In this document: in pieces, positions 1 through 7,964 of the stretch
Numbering within the stretch: the stretch's first letter is position 1
Layout of the letters: each line of letters begins with the position of its first letter
IMG/VR virus record: IMGVR_UViG_3300027386_000003
Source: a virus
Direction: 5' to 3' (one strand)
DNA: 34,833 nucleotides
Program-made: the position numbers and the translations under genes
Notes under the pieces: generated by a model
Seen by the model: the letters and a program-made list of their open reading frames with translations, nothing else
Told to the model about the DNA's origin: nothing
Databases searched by the model: none

Positions 1-99
1 ATTCGTGTGCCACAGATCCGCGGCCTTGGAATCAGGCGCGAGCGTCACTTCAGGGAATATGGAGAGGTGCGATTGGTGGGTCATTAGATTCCTGACCCG
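1..99. repeat. Terminal direct repeat. Bases 1-99 are identical to 34735-34833, an end overlap of a circularly closed contig with a unit length of about 34,734 bp.
   Basis: Read base by base, attcgtgtgccacagatccg...gattcctgacccg occurs at both ends. The terL reading frame runs through the junction. Confidence 0.9.
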
Positions 100-384
100 C
101 CTCCCGAATGTCTGTGCGAGCCGTCCTCCATACGCCCCATGGATGATTTCCTGCTTCGGGTGCCTGCCGATGTACCAGGCCGGGAATCGCTGGCTGGCCG
201 TCAGCGATTTTCCGTGTCTTGGGGGTTCTACGATAATCAGGCGATCCACCTCGCCTCTTTCCACCATTTCCAAATGGTCGTTGATTTCGTCCAGGTGCCT
301 TGCTTCCTCGTAATGAGGCGTGGTGGCCTGTATGTACGCTTTCAGGCTATTCCGGCAACGCCTCTTCCTCTGCTCCGACAACAT
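1..384 (-). CDS. terL: Terminase large subunit, N-terminal part. It continues into 33676..34833 across the circular junction; bases 1-99 duplicate 34735-34833.
   Basis: Manual minus-strand translation in frame with the 33676..34818 ORF gives MLSEQRKRRCRNSLKAYIQATTPHYEEARHLDEINDHLEMVERGEVDRLIIVEPPRHGKSLTASQRFPAWYIGRHPKQEIIHGAYGGRLAQTFGRRVRNL-MTHQ... The Walker A motif GKS is at about 205-213. The frame stays open up to a stop at 451-453. ATG 384 is chosen; ATG 447 is an alternative. Confidence 0.8.
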   Translation of the reverse strand, partial: MLSEQRKRRCRNSLKAYIQATTPHYEEARHLDEINDHLEMVERGEVDRLIIVEPPRHGKSLTASQRFPAWYIGRHPKQEIIHGAYGGRLAQTFGRRVRNLMTHQSHLSIFPEVTLAPDSKAADLWHTN

Positions 385-946
385 GGCCCGGAATCGAGTC
401 TCGTCGCTTTTGCTCCAGCTCGAGGAGTTCCCGTTGTAATTCGTCATCCGTCAATTCCGAAAAGGCCCCTGGCGCTCCTACTTCATGTCGTTCTATGAAC
501 ATGGCCAGATGCTGTCCCAACATCCTCAGCGATTCCGGCTTACTGTGCATTTTTACACGAATCCCGAACTTGGTCTCCTGTATGGACTCCACTGCGGCCC
601 TCTGCTCCTTCGTCCACTGTTCGGAATCCAGAATACTCGCCCTTCCGTCCTTGACGGTCACAATGTCGCTGATATTGGTGAATGCGATCCTGGCCAGCTC
701 CCGGACAACGTGCTCGACCCGTACGCCACTCATGACCTCCAGGCGGTCCCTGGCCTCGCTCAGCGCCTGTCTTACGTGGACCTTGTTCAAAAGAATGTGC
801 GCCTGTTGCTTGGCGCTCTTGACCGCATAGCCCGCATCGACCGCGGCCTGGGCTCCCTGCCCTCCATTCTCCAGGTAGTGGGTGACGAAGTCGGCTTGCC
901 GGACGGTCAATACAGGCCTTTTGGGGTTTTTCTGTTTTCCAGTCAT
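347..946 (-). CDS. terS: Terminase small subunit (P27 / Terminase_2-like)
   Basis: LTVRQADFVTHYLENGGQGAQAAVDAGYAVKSAKQQAHILLNKVHVRQAL matches the N-terminal HTH signature of P27-family small terminases. The gene lies immediately upstream of terL and overlaps it. Confidence 0.8.
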   Translation of the reverse strand: MTGKQKNPKRPVLTVRQADFVTHYLENGGQGAQAAVDAGYAVKSAKQQAHILLNKVHVRQALSEARDRLEVMSGVRVEHVVRELARIAFTNISDIVTVKDGRASILDSEQWTKEQRAAVESIQETKFGIRVKMHSKPESLRMLGQHLAMFIERHEVGAPGAFSELTDDELQRELLELEQKRRDSIPGHVVGAEEEALPE

Positions 947-1044
947 TCTGAAAATTATAGATTATTCAGGGAATCAGGGAGTTGGGGTCGGTCATTTCCA
1001 GTCGGAACGAAGCGCTCTATCTATCAATAATCGGAAGATTGATA

Positions 1045-1098
1045 GTGGTTGATAGTTATGTGTCAATCCTTCTGGTTCGCTTTCTTCCATTCCTTTAT
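1045..1098. repeat. Copy 1 of a 54-bp direct repeat (51/54 identical to 1487..1540), containing TTGATA/TATCAA hexamers
   Basis: gtggttgatagttatgtgtcaatccttctggttcgctttcttccattcctttat compared with gtggttgatagttatgtatcaatccttctggttcgcttccttccattcctctat. Extra TTGATAG (1039-1045) and TATCAA (1022-1027) copies lie next to it. Confidence 0.85.
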
Positions 1099-1443
1099 AT
1101 CGTATTCCGGCAATGGCACGGTCTGCCCCTTCAGCGGGTGCGTGCAGTCGTGGAGAAACTGGATCTGCCCATCCGTCACGTATGAATGGCACACGTGGAG
1201 ATGATCGAAATAGTCGATCTCGCACTTGATGGAAGGTGTGAACGTGGGCTTTTCCTCGTTCCCGTTGAATTCCCAAATCGGCCGTCCCTCGCTTTCAGGG
1301 AACCGGGCCATGCGAGCCACCGTGATGTAGTGAACCGGAATGAGGCGCTTATTGGTCTTGGCCGCCTCGGCGCACCCGGGACAGACGAACCGATACCCGA
1401 CCAGCACGTCATCCAGATCCTTGACCTTCTGCAGGATTTCCAT
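1063..1443 (-). CDS. DUF6527-like zinc-binding phage protein
   Basis: FVCPGC...WEFNGNEEKPTFTPSI...CHSYVTDGQIQFLHDCTHPLKGQTVPLP matches my recollection of the DUF6527 signature. The last 12 codons (EWKKANQKD) lie inside the 54-bp repeat. Confidence 0.65.
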   Translation of the reverse strand: MEILQKVKDLDDVLVGYRFVCPGCAEAAKTNKRLIPVHYITVARMARFPESEGRPIWEFNGNEEKPTFTPSIKCEIDYFDHLHVCHSYVTDGQIQFLHDCTHPLKGQTVPLPEYDIKEWKKANQKD

Positions 1444-1486
1444 GTTTCAGTCTCCCATGTACATCGACTCTACCATGTCCAGGACC

Positions 1487-1540
1487 GTGGTTGATAGTTA
1501 TGTATCAATCCTTCTGGTTCGCTTCCTTCCATTCCTCTAT
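1487..1540. repeat. Copy 2 of the 54-bp direct repeat (see 1045..1098). It contains a perfect TTGATA-N6-TATCAA inverted repeat.
   Basis: Direct comparison of the two copies shows 3 mismatches and a 442-bp spacing. Confidence 0.85.
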
Positions 1541-1789
1541 CTGGAGGGCCAGTCGGTCCAGATCCTCCACCATGCGGCCCAATAGTGTTTCCAGTGCGTC
1601 CATGTCCAGGACCTTGGGCTCGAGCGACTGGTTCACTGTGCTTTCTCCCCTGCGTGGGGTTCTGATTGCGTCTTTCTGTCGATCTGTTGCAGACGCCTCC
1701 AGTTTCTCCAAGGCGCTCTTGAATGTGGCCGGATCTCTCGCAACGGTATTATAAAAATCGTTCAGCAATCGCTGGTGTTCCTTGCCCAT
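1505..1789 (-). CDS. Hypothetical protein (94 aa, coiled-coil). The C-terminal EWKEANQKD is encoded by the repeat.
   Basis: ATG at 1789 is preceded by GGAGGG with a 6-nt spacer. The longer track ORF (start 1921) would overlap the HNH gene by 160 nt. Confidence 0.55.
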   Translation of the reverse strand: MGKEHQRLLNDFYNTVARDPATFKSALEKLEASATDRQKDAIRTPRRGESTVNQSLEPKVLDMDALETLLGRMVEDLDRLALQIEEWKEANQKD

Positions 1790-2397
1790 TCGGTTCCCTC
1801 CAATGCCTTTTCGACTTTCAGTTTCCAGGCCTTCGGGGCCCTCTCGGTGTTCCTGTCCGCGATCTCCTCGAGTTGCGGGTACGGTTCCGCCCCATGGTGT
1901 TTCCTGTGGTGGCTCTTGCAAAGGGTCACCAGGTTTTCCGGTCGGTTGTCCGATACTTCCTCATTGATGTGGTGGACGTCCAGGTATCCGGACTTGCCGC
2001 AGAGGACGCAGGAATGTTGGTCTCTTTCCAGTACCAGAGGTCGCATTCTCTGGTGGGCTCCGGTGTTGTAGGAATGCCCATGCTTGTAACTTATCGAGTT
2101 GGGGCCTATATGATTCCGGCGATAATATTCGTTGGCGCATTTCCTGGAGCAGTAGACTTTCCGGCCGTCTCCCTTGAGTAATCGCTTCTTGACCTGACCC
2201 ATTGCCATTTTCACCTGGGTTCCGCATTGGGGACAATGGAATCTTGACCACAATGCGGATTTGCTGTGGCCTCTTTTCAGTTTCCCTTCAGCGGTGATGT
2301 TCCCAGGGTATTCCTCTCTTACCCGGTCGATCAGCTCGGCCACGTCCCTGGGGAAAGGGGCCAGGTCGATCCATTGGGTGACGTCTGCCGTGTTCAT
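1762..2397 (-). CDS. HNH endonuclease (terminase-associated type)
   Basis: The HNH core is CVLCGKSGYLDVHHINEEVSDNRPENLVTLCKSHHRKHH. An N-terminal CPQCG...CSRKC zinc ribbon is also present. The gene sits in the packaging neighbourhood. Confidence 0.85.
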   Translation of the reverse strand: MNTADVTQWIDLAPFPRDVAELIDRVREEYPGNITAEGKLKRGHSKSALWSRFHCPQCGTQVKMAMGQVKKRLLKGDGRKVYCSRKCANEYYRRNHIGPNSISYKHGHSYNTGAHQRMRPLVLERDQHSCVLCGKSGYLDVHHINEEVSDNRPENLVTLCKSHHRKHHGAEPYPQLEEIADRNTERAPKAWKLKVEKALEGTEWARNTSDC

Positions 2398-2412
2398 GTT
2401 TCCTCCTGGGTC

Positions 2413-2679
2413 TTATTTCACTCCACACAGGGACATGGCCAATTCCTGCTGAATATTGCCTTCCTTTCTCACCTTGTTCAACAGAGCCAGCAATCCGGCA
2501 ATTCCTACTATTGTCCCCTCCTTTTGCTGGTGTTCGATCTTGCCCCAAATCATCTCCTCCACTTGCAACATAACATTGAATCTGAAGGCACTGGATTCAC
2601 ACAAAGTGAATTGACTGTTGGCCATTGCTGGTGAAGCGATCACCACAGACAGAATAATTGACAATGTCAGTTTTCTCAT
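2413..2679 (-). CDS. Small secreted protein (88 aa) with a signal peptide
   Basis: ATG 2679 is preceded by AAGGAGGG with an 8-nt spacer. MRKLTLSIILSVVIASPAMA-NS looks like a Sec signal with an AxA cleavage site. The track start at 2706 is a TTG. Confidence 0.65.
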   Translation of the reverse strand: MRKLTLSIILSVVIASPAMANSQFTLCESSAFRFNVMLQVEEMIWGKIEHQQKEGTIVGIAGLLALLNKVRKEGNIQQELAMSLCGVK

Positions 2680-2711
2680 AATGTCGTCCCTCCTTAATTG
2701 AGACAAAAAAT

Positions 2712-2740
2712 AGACTACACTAAAATGTAGTACAAGTCAA
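2712..2740 (-). promoter_or_regulatory. Candidate sigma70-type promoter TTGACT-N17-TAGTCT for the secreted-protein gene
   Basis: The minus-strand reading is TTGACTtgtactacattttagtgTAGTCT. The site overlaps the ACTACA-N6-TGTAGT palindrome and shares TAGACTACA with the 14527 promoter region. Confidence 0.4.
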
Positions 2741-2780
2741 GGGAGGCCTGTACGGGACATTTTCGTCGCTTGTTGAAAAC

Positions 2781-2877
2781 CTGAAATCGCTCGCTGGGTG
2801 GATTCCTTTCCCCAGTGGTAGGAATATGCGTATTTCAGTAAAGATCGCACCCAGCGAGTCCAGGTGCAGGATTTCAG
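2781..2877 (-). terminator. Long imperfect hairpin immediately after the stop of the 552-aa gene; candidate terminator or structured RNA
   Basis: CTGAAATC-g-CTCGCTGGGTG (2781-2800) pairs with CACCCAGCGAG...GATTTCAG (2849-2877). An inner ATTCC/GGAAT stem is also present. On the minus strand the hairpin is followed by GUUUUC. Confidence 0.4.
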
Positions 2878-2880
2878 ACG

Positions 2881-4539
2881 TTATTGGCCTTGCTGGGCGT
2901 TCTCTATCCGTCCGGCCTGGAATGCGGCCATGACCTGCTCCGGAGTCATTCCTCCGAATGTACGTCCGGCATAATGCGCGGCCTCTCCGACCAGCCGAGG
3001 ACTGAATGCCATGAGTCCGGCCAAGCCCATAGGGCTGACCGACCCTCCTATCGCTCCGATTCCACTGGCTCCTGCCGCTCCGGTTCCAGCGAACCTCGCC
3101 GTGATTCCCCGAGGCAATGCGGACGACACGGCCTGCCCGGCCAGTCCGGGCATCAGGAGCTCTCCGCCTCCTTCCCCTTCCAAACGCGCCGCCATCTGCG
3201 CCCTCTTTCCGAATGCCGAAGATGCGTCCTTGCGGAGAATCGCCTGCAGCTTCCTCAGTGCGGTAGCAGAGCCCGCCGCCTTGCCTAGGCTGAGCTCTTT
3301 CTCCACATCATCCAATGCCTGCCTCGCCTTGTGATAATCCCCCATTGCTTTCGCATATCCGGGGGACTGAAGATCAATGCTCTTGCGGATGGCGTAGTAG
3401 ATTTCCCCAGCCATCTTCCGCTCCGGAGTGCCGTACTTGAGGGAGTTCATATGGTTTCCCACCGCCTGCCTGAGCTCGTCCAGCCCCTGCACGGTATGGA
3501 ACCGGGCCGGGTCTCCGGCCTGCCACTCCGCCAATAGCGTACTGATTTCCTTCCGGACCTTGCCCAATTTCTTTGGAATGGCAGAGGGGGCTTCCTTCTG
3601 GAGCGGACTGCCGTACTTATCCATAACCTTGCCCACCTGAGAAAGCACAGATCCAAAATTCAACGGTTCTCCGGGGGCCGCTCCCATTGCCTGCGCCTTT
3701 CCAGTCTTGAACTCTGCCAGATTCTTGGCGCGCATGGCGGCCAAGGCCTTCTTCGCCTCGCCCACCACGGTCTCCATAGGAATCTCCTGCCTCATGGATT
3801 GCAGGAACATTCGAGATTTCGCCGCGCCTCTACTCCTCGGAGATGCGACTTCCCCAGCTTTCGAGGTCATCCAGTCCCCATCGTCTGCTTTCTCTATAAC
3901 CCTCAGCGGAACCGGGCCTGCTTCCTTGCCAGTCTGGGCGGCGATTCTCAATGCGTCCGCTCCGGCCCCGGTAGTGAATCCAAGAATGTTGGAGATCATT
4001 TTTCCTGTAGGGGCGGCCACTGCACGAATTGGGTCTACCGCCCGTCCGGCGGTCTTTGCCTTCTCCGCGGCCTTGGCGAATGCAGGAACCTTGGAAGCCG
4101 CCACGCCTCCGCCCAGCAACACCACTGACGCATCCGCCAGGAATCCTACCGGATCGGTCGCAATCGTATTCTTGACTTCATCTTCCCCACCATAGCGGTC
4201 CGCAAAAAATTTCCCGACTGCCTCGGCTTCCTCCTCGGTATTCTTGAACCACCTATCGGACTGGCCAGGAACCAGCTTCTGCACTCCGCCCTTGACCACG
4301 TTGTACAGGCCGCCCATCGTATCCAATGGGTTGAATACCGCCGTGGCAATATCCGATCCGAATTGCATGGCAGAGCCAGGAATATTCTGCAGGGCCTCTC
4401 CCGGCACCTGCGTCCACGAACGTTGAGGGGTTTGTGAGACTCCGGAAGCCTTTGCCTCCAGCTCGGACTTGCGCTGGCGCATAGTTCCAAGCTGCTGAAG
4501 ATTGTCCCGTCTAGCGCGGAGCTCTTCCAGAGTGGCCAT
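2881..4539 (-). CDS. Large internal virion / ejection-protein-like protein (552 aa)
   Basis: This is the last of four consecutive large low-complexity genes after the hub gene, the position held by P22 gp7/20/16. A TAATG overlap couples it to the upstream gene. I recognised no enzymatic motif. Confidence 0.5.
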   Translation of the reverse strand: MATLEELRARRDNLQQLGTMRQRKSELEAKASGVSQTPQRSWTQVPGEALQNIPGSAMQFGSDIATAVFNPLDTMGGLYNVVKGGVQKLVPGQSDRWFKNTEEEAEAVGKFFADRYGGEDEVKNTIATDPVGFLADASVVLLGGGVAASKVPAFAKAAEKAKTAGRAVDPIRAVAAPTGKMISNILGFTTGAGADALRIAAQTGKEAGPVPLRVIEKADDGDWMTSKAGEVASPRSRGAAKSRMFLQSMRQEIPMETVVGEAKKALAAMRAKNLAEFKTGKAQAMGAAPGEPLNFGSVLSQVGKVMDKYGSPLQKEAPSAIPKKLGKVRKEISTLLAEWQAGDPARFHTVQGLDELRQAVGNHMNSLKYGTPERKMAGEIYYAIRKSIDLQSPGYAKAMGDYHKARQALDDVEKELSLGKAAGSATALRKLQAILRKDASSAFGKRAQMAARLEGEGGGELLMPGLAGQAVSSALPRGITARFAGTGAAGASGIGAIGGSVSPMGLAGLMAFSPRLVGEAAHYAGRTFGGMTPEQVMAAFQAGRIENAQQGQ

Positions 4540-6032
4540 TAGGAACCTCTCTCAAGCTGCTCCAGTCTATCAATCTCCTGCTGTAGCTGCGTAAGCTCGG
4601 AGGATTCTTCTGGAGTCAATCCTGTTCCAGCCCCAGGCCCTAAGTCCGCCGCAAAGTCGACCACTTCCTCAGTATCGGACTTGAAGCGACTCAAAGGATT
4701 AGCGATAAAGTCCTGCTCGGTCGGAACCGTGATTCCCTGATCCAGGAAGTATTGCCGCCGGCGAATGGTCGCGTCAATCTCGGCCTGCGCTCCCTCGAGC
4801 TTGGACATGAACTCGGTCGGGCCGTCACGAGACGGGTCAGGAATGGCCTTGCGGATACGGTCCGCCTCTTTCTCTGACATCTGTGCGCCGGTGATCTCCT
4901 TGATATACCGGTTCATCGCATCGTAGGAAGATCGTTTCCAGGTCGAAAAGTCGGACAGCTCTTTCCGGGACTCTTTCGACAGCGTGGCTCCGGCCTTCTC
5001 CTGCAAATCCAGAGTGGTCAATCTGATTTTGCCTGGGATAGTCAGATACTCCGGCTTCACAGTCTCCCGGATCTCCGCAAACTTGGCGGCAGAGTCGGCC
5101 AGCCCAATCACCTTCGTCTGTTCCTTGCCTTTAACAGATGCCTCCAGGCTGGTCTCTGGAGCAAACGTCCAGCCCTTTGTAGTGAGATCATCCGCCTGTG
5201 CCTGCGTGGTCACTGCGCGGACTTCCCCATCCGGGGACACCATGTTCCGTCCCTCCTTCAATCGGGCCGGGGCTTCTGCGGGCAGCTCCAATTCAGGTCT
5301 TACCAATTCCGAAGTTCCGTCAGGATTCAAGAAATACTTGCGGCCGTCCGCCAGCTGCACGATCTTTCTATCAGCGCTACCCGGTTTCTTTTCCACCAGC
5401 TTCACAAGCTCTGCCTGCCTCTGCTCAGGAGTCATGGCCTCCAGAAGCTTCGGATCGTATCCGCCCTGCGTATGCAGAATATCCGCAATCGCTTGCTGTT
5501 TCTGCAAGGTCTCTGCCTTGCGCTCCGCTCGGCGAGTCCCTTCCTTGCCTTTCAGGGCTTCCATATCCTTGGCCTGCTTCCAGTGCATCAGTCCGCCCGC
5601 TATGAGGCCTCCAATGCCGCCGGTCTGGAGATTCTGCAATCCAGCCCCCCTGCTCTCCAATGACTTTCTCTCCTGCACAAGAGCATCCACTAGCGGATCT
5701 CCTGTAGAGCCGGGCGCGATCACCGGGCCTGTGGGGGATGCGCCCGGAGCTGCCGGTGCCGTGCCTGCGGGAATCGTTCCTGGGCCGACACTGACCATCG
5801 GGCCAGCTGGAGTCGATACCGGGGCCGCCGGGGCTACTGTGCCTCCCGGCATTGGTGCAGAACTGCCCGGAAGGGACGCCATGATTGAAGCAAGCCCTGG
5901 CATGGGGCCTGCGAACCCTCCTGTGGAGATCGGCAACCCTCCTGCTCCAGCCATCGGGGAAGGCCCCATGGGGGAACGCATAGCGGGATACGGCAATCCC
6001 ACTGGACCTGCGGCTGTATTCAGGACTGGCAT
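4539..6032 (-). CDS. Internal virion / ejection-protein-like protein (497 aa) with a 110-aa Pro/Gly/Ala-rich N-terminus
   Basis: ATG 6032 overlaps the end of the upstream gene. The call rests on composition and gene position only. Confidence 0.5.
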   Translation of the reverse strand: MPVLNTAAGPVGLPYPAMRSPMGPSPMAGAGGLPISTGGFAGPMPGLASIMASLPGSSAPMPGGTVAPAAPVSTPAGPMVSVGPGTIPAGTAPAAPGASPTGPVIAPGSTGDPLVDALVQERKSLESRGAGLQNLQTGGIGGLIAGGLMHWKQAKDMEALKGKEGTRRAERKAETLQKQQAIADILHTQGGYDPKLLEAMTPEQRQAELVKLVEKKPGSADRKIVQLADGRKYFLNPDGTSELVRPELELPAEAPARLKEGRNMVSPDGEVRAVTTQAQADDLTTKGWTFAPETSLEASVKGKEQTKVIGLADSAAKFAEIRETVKPEYLTIPGKIRLTTLDLQEKAGATLSKESRKELSDFSTWKRSSYDAMNRYIKEITGAQMSEKEADRIRKAIPDPSRDGPTEFMSKLEGAQAEIDATIRRRQYFLDQGITVPTEQDFIANPLSRFKSDTEEVVDFAADLGPGAGTGLTPEESSELTQLQQEIDRLEQLERGS

Positions 6033-7228
6033 GGAATCACCTTCGAGTAGTCCACTGCGAGCCAGCGCCCGATCCGCTTCACTGCGTCAGGCATGACCTT
6101 GGCCACTTCCTGAGCCATCACTCCCAGCCTCTCCGGGCCGCCCCAGATGTACTTGAAGCGATAGACATTCAGCCCGTTGCTCATTCTGCCCACCTTGCGG
6201 ACCTTCTCTTTCAGTCTCGCATCGGAGAGTATGAACGGCGCGGCCGCCATAACTGTATTCTGGAAGTTCTGCATTCCCTGGTTGTACTGATTCAGGCGAT
6301 TCGCGTAGTTGCTCTGAACCATTCCGGTAATGTCCGGGGCCTGCATATTGTACTGCGGGGTCTGGTGGAACTGCGGCATGGTCGGATTCTGCACAGTGGC
6401 GAGAATACTGGCCAGCTCATTGAATGGTTGCTGTCTCTGCGTCAGCAATTCGTCTCTGGACATTCCACGCATGGCCATCTGCTCCCTCAATCTGCGGGAG
6501 GCTTCATCGCCGGCGAACTGACTGGCCTGCATTCGCTGGTTGAATAGCCTCTGCTGGTCGCCGGCCTGGAACTGAGATCCGGCCAAGCCCTCGCCGAACT
6601 GTCGGGCGGCTTCTCCTGCCTCGAATCCGGCCACGCCCATTTCCTCTCCGAACCTCTGTCCTCGGAGTGCCGATGCGAGCCTGGTCAGGCGATCCTGCTC
6701 GGCGCGTCCTGCGCCCACCGAGGACAGGGCCAGATTCTCCAGCGCGTCTCCGCGCTCTCTGCCATACCTGTCCATTTCCCGTTCATAAGCTTCACTGCCT
6801 AGTGCGATTCCCCGATTCGCCAGCATCGAGGCCAGCTGATTCTCCCGGTCCTCGAATTGCGGACTCAGGCGATTGAATCCTCGGTCATAGGTGGCCTGCT
6901 CGAGCGAGTCCCCCATGCCCTGGAACTGGCCAGCAGTCGGCATATCCGGCAAAGCGCCCAGATCCGGCGCTTGCACAGGCCCAGATGAAGTCGGCGCGTT
7001 GACTGCCGCGCCTCTCCCCATGCTGGCCAGATCCGCCGGGTTCATCCAAGACCCTTGAATTTCAGGCAAGCCGCCAAAGTCCAAAGGCTTACCCCATTGA
7101 TCTCCCAGCTGCTTCAGCGTTCCCTGCGTCGCTGAGCTGGCTCCGGGAGTCTGCGTGGTCGTCTGCTTGAATGGCGTATCCGCCTTCTTGGGCGGGGTAA
7201 TCTGCAAGCTGGTATCCGTTACGGCCAT
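6020..7228 (-). CDS. Fiber/needle-like protein with a C-terminal intramolecular chaperone auto-processing domain (Peptidase_S74)
   Basis: The C-terminal 68 aa are SDARLKEKVRKVGRMSNGLNVYRFKYIWGGPERLGVMAQEVAKVMPDAVKRIGRWLAVDYSKV. They match the S74 pattern SDxRLKxxI...FxYK...GxxAQEVxxxxPxxV...VDY. Confidence 0.75.
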   Translation of the reverse strand: MAVTDTSLQITPPKKADTPFKQTTTQTPGASSATQGTLKQLGDQWGKPLDFGGLPEIQGSWMNPADLASMGRGAAVNAPTSSGPVQAPDLGALPDMPTAGQFQGMGDSLEQATYDRGFNRLSPQFEDRENQLASMLANRGIALGSEAYEREMDRYGRERGDALENLALSSVGAGRAEQDRLTRLASALRGQRFGEEMGVAGFEAGEAARQFGEGLAGSQFQAGDQQRLFNQRMQASQFAGDEASRRLREQMAMRGMSRDELLTQRQQPFNELASILATVQNPTMPQFHQTPQYNMQAPDITGMVQSNYANRLNQYNQGMQNFQNTVMAAAPFILSDARLKEKVRKVGRMSNGLNVYRFKYIWGGPERLGVMAQEVAKVMPDAVKRIGRWLAVDYSKVIPCQS

Positions 7229-7229
7229 A

Positions 7230-7907
7230 TCAATACCCTCCCTTGCCGAACACTCGCCTGACCGGCTGTTTCGTAACCGGCTGTCTCACAACAGGCTGCG
7301 GCACCACCACCACAGGCTGTTTCGGTGCCGTCTGTTTCGGAGTTCTCTGAGGCACCACCACGGGCTGCCTGTATTGTCCCCCTTTCTGATACCGGATTCT
7401 ATCCAATTCAGCCTGCCTCTGTTGGGGAGTCATAACCACACCGCCGCCACCTTTCGCATAAAAAGTACGGGTCTGGACAGGCTGCTTCACCACTGGAGTC
7501 TGGGCTACGGGTTTCTGGACTGCCGGAATCTGGGGCATGGGCCTCTTGGCAACCTCCCTGGATACCCTTGCGCCCGTTACCCCTGTCTGCGGGAAGAATC
7601 TAGCCGATTCCAAAGGCGTGGTGCGCCCGGTCAGCAAGAGATTCAAGAGACCAGAACGAATCTGCCTGCCTTGATCCAATGCGCCTTGGTCAGCAGGATC
7701 AAGGGCTGTGTGCATCGTCCGTTCAGGACTGCCGATTTCTCCCGTATACTGAATCGTGCCGAAAGGAGTTTGCTGACCGATCTGACTATGCAGGGCCTGC
7801 TCTCGAACCGCCTCTTTATTGATAGCGGCCTGCGCCTGCGCCGTTTGTGTGGGGTCAGGCGTAGAAGGCTTGCTTCCCCCTCCAAAAATTTTGCTGACGA
7901 ACCCCAA
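7230..7907 (-). CDS. Internal virion-protein-like protein (225 aa) with QPV-rich C-terminal repeats
   Basis: A TTG start at 7907 is preceded by AGGAG with a 6-nt spacer. The N-terminus is MGFVSKIFGGG. The region PVAQTPVVKQPVQ...KQPVVVVPQPVVRQPVTKQPV is low complexity. Confidence 0.55.
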   Translation of the reverse strand: MGFVSKIFGGGSKPSTPDPTQTAQAQAAINKEAVREQALHSQIGQQTPFGTIQYTGEIGSPERTMHTALDPADQGALDQGRQIRSGLLNLLLTGRTTPLESARFFPQTGVTGARVSREVAKRPMPQIPAVQKPVAQTPVVKQPVQTRTFYAKGGGGVVMTPQQRQAELDRIRYQKGGQYRQPVVVPQRTPKQTAPKQPVVVVPQPVVRQPVTKQPVRRVFGKGGY

Positions 7908-7964
7908 GATGCTCTCCTAGTGATTTTCGGACGAATCCATATCAATATCCTATACCAAATTTCC

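Noticed and set aside
1-99. The 99-bp end identity as a biological direct terminal repeat
   Set aside because: The terL reading frame runs straight through the junction, so the two copies represent one sequence. An exact end overlap of this length is what assemblers leave on circular contigs. Read-level data are needed to exclude true terminal redundancy.
4984-6096. Long plus-strand ORF (370 aa) and similar antisense ORFs, for example 31638..32933, 33898..34821, 21001..21822, 24038..24760, 7155..7997 and 10030..10788
   Set aside because: They lie entirely antisense to well-supported minus-strand structural genes. They have low-complexity Arg/Pro/Ser-rich products, no SD sites and no operon logic. 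They are shadow ORFs typical of GC-rich coding DNA.
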